From the human T2T-CHM13v2.0 reference genome, Homo sapiens: a stretch of DNA of 64,000 nucleotides. Both the position numbers and the translations under genes were made by a program. How positions within the stretch are numbered: the first letter of the stretch is position 1; each line of letters opens with the position of its first letter. This document shows, in pieces, positions 63,745-64,000 of this stretch. The notes beneath the pieces are model-generated. The model worked only from the letters and a program-made list of their open reading frames with translations, searched no databases and had not been told where the DNA came from. Where the stretch lies: NCBI RefSeq assembly GCF_009914755.1, contig NC_060940.1; one strand, given 5' to 3'.

Positions 63745-63883
63745 CACCATTGCTGGCTTTGAACATGAAGCAAGGGGCCATAAGCCAAGGAATGTAGGTG
63801 GCCAAGGAATGTAGAAGCTAGAAAAGGCAAGGAAACTCATTCTTCCTTAGAGCCCCAAGAAGGACAGGCAATCCTGCTGACAC
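63745..63883. mobile_element. MLT1-family LTR fragment
   Basis: GCTGGCTTTGAA...AGCCAAGGAATG...AGAAGCTAGAAAAGGCAAGGAAAC. Confidence 0.75.
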
Positions 63884-64000
63884 TGTTACCAAAACACCAG
63901 GGGATTCGTCTAGGTCCTGCTGCTCACTGCACAGAAGGCCGACACTGAGACAACAATTATTGCTAAGGAAGGAGGCTTTACTCAGGTGTTGCAGCCAAGG
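63884..64000 (-). mobile_element. LTR8-family ERV1 LTR (cut by window edge)
   Basis: TGTTACCAAAACACCAGGGG...TCTAGGTCCTGCTGCTCACTGCACAGAA. Confidence 0.62.

Overview
Human (primate) genomic DNA, not microbial. I recognise from memory the peptide [35 protein letters not shown] as the N-terminus of BMERB1 (C16orf45/MINP, 16p13.11). The window holds its CpG-island promoter, coding exon 1 (1441-1546, phase-1 donor A|GTGAGT) and about 62 kb of intron 1. I could not find exon 2. The intron is dominated by transposon relics: roughly 70 Alus or Alu fragments, L1, L2, MIR, MaLR and ERV solo LTRs, and hAT/mariner DNA elements. Almost all ORFs in the supplied track are repeat-derived or chance ORFs. I see no evidence for a new multi-gene system. 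The best leads are RNA-level or regulatory: a MER53 hairpin symmetrically extended by two inverted Alus and carrying a miR-1302-like 21-mer, a strong-context Met-Glu-stop uORF, a duplicated 46-bp hairpin element, and two MER41 LTRs that kept different interferon-response motifs. Repeat subfamily names come from recalled consensus sequences, and repeat boundaries are approximate unless a target-site duplication (TSD) is quoted.
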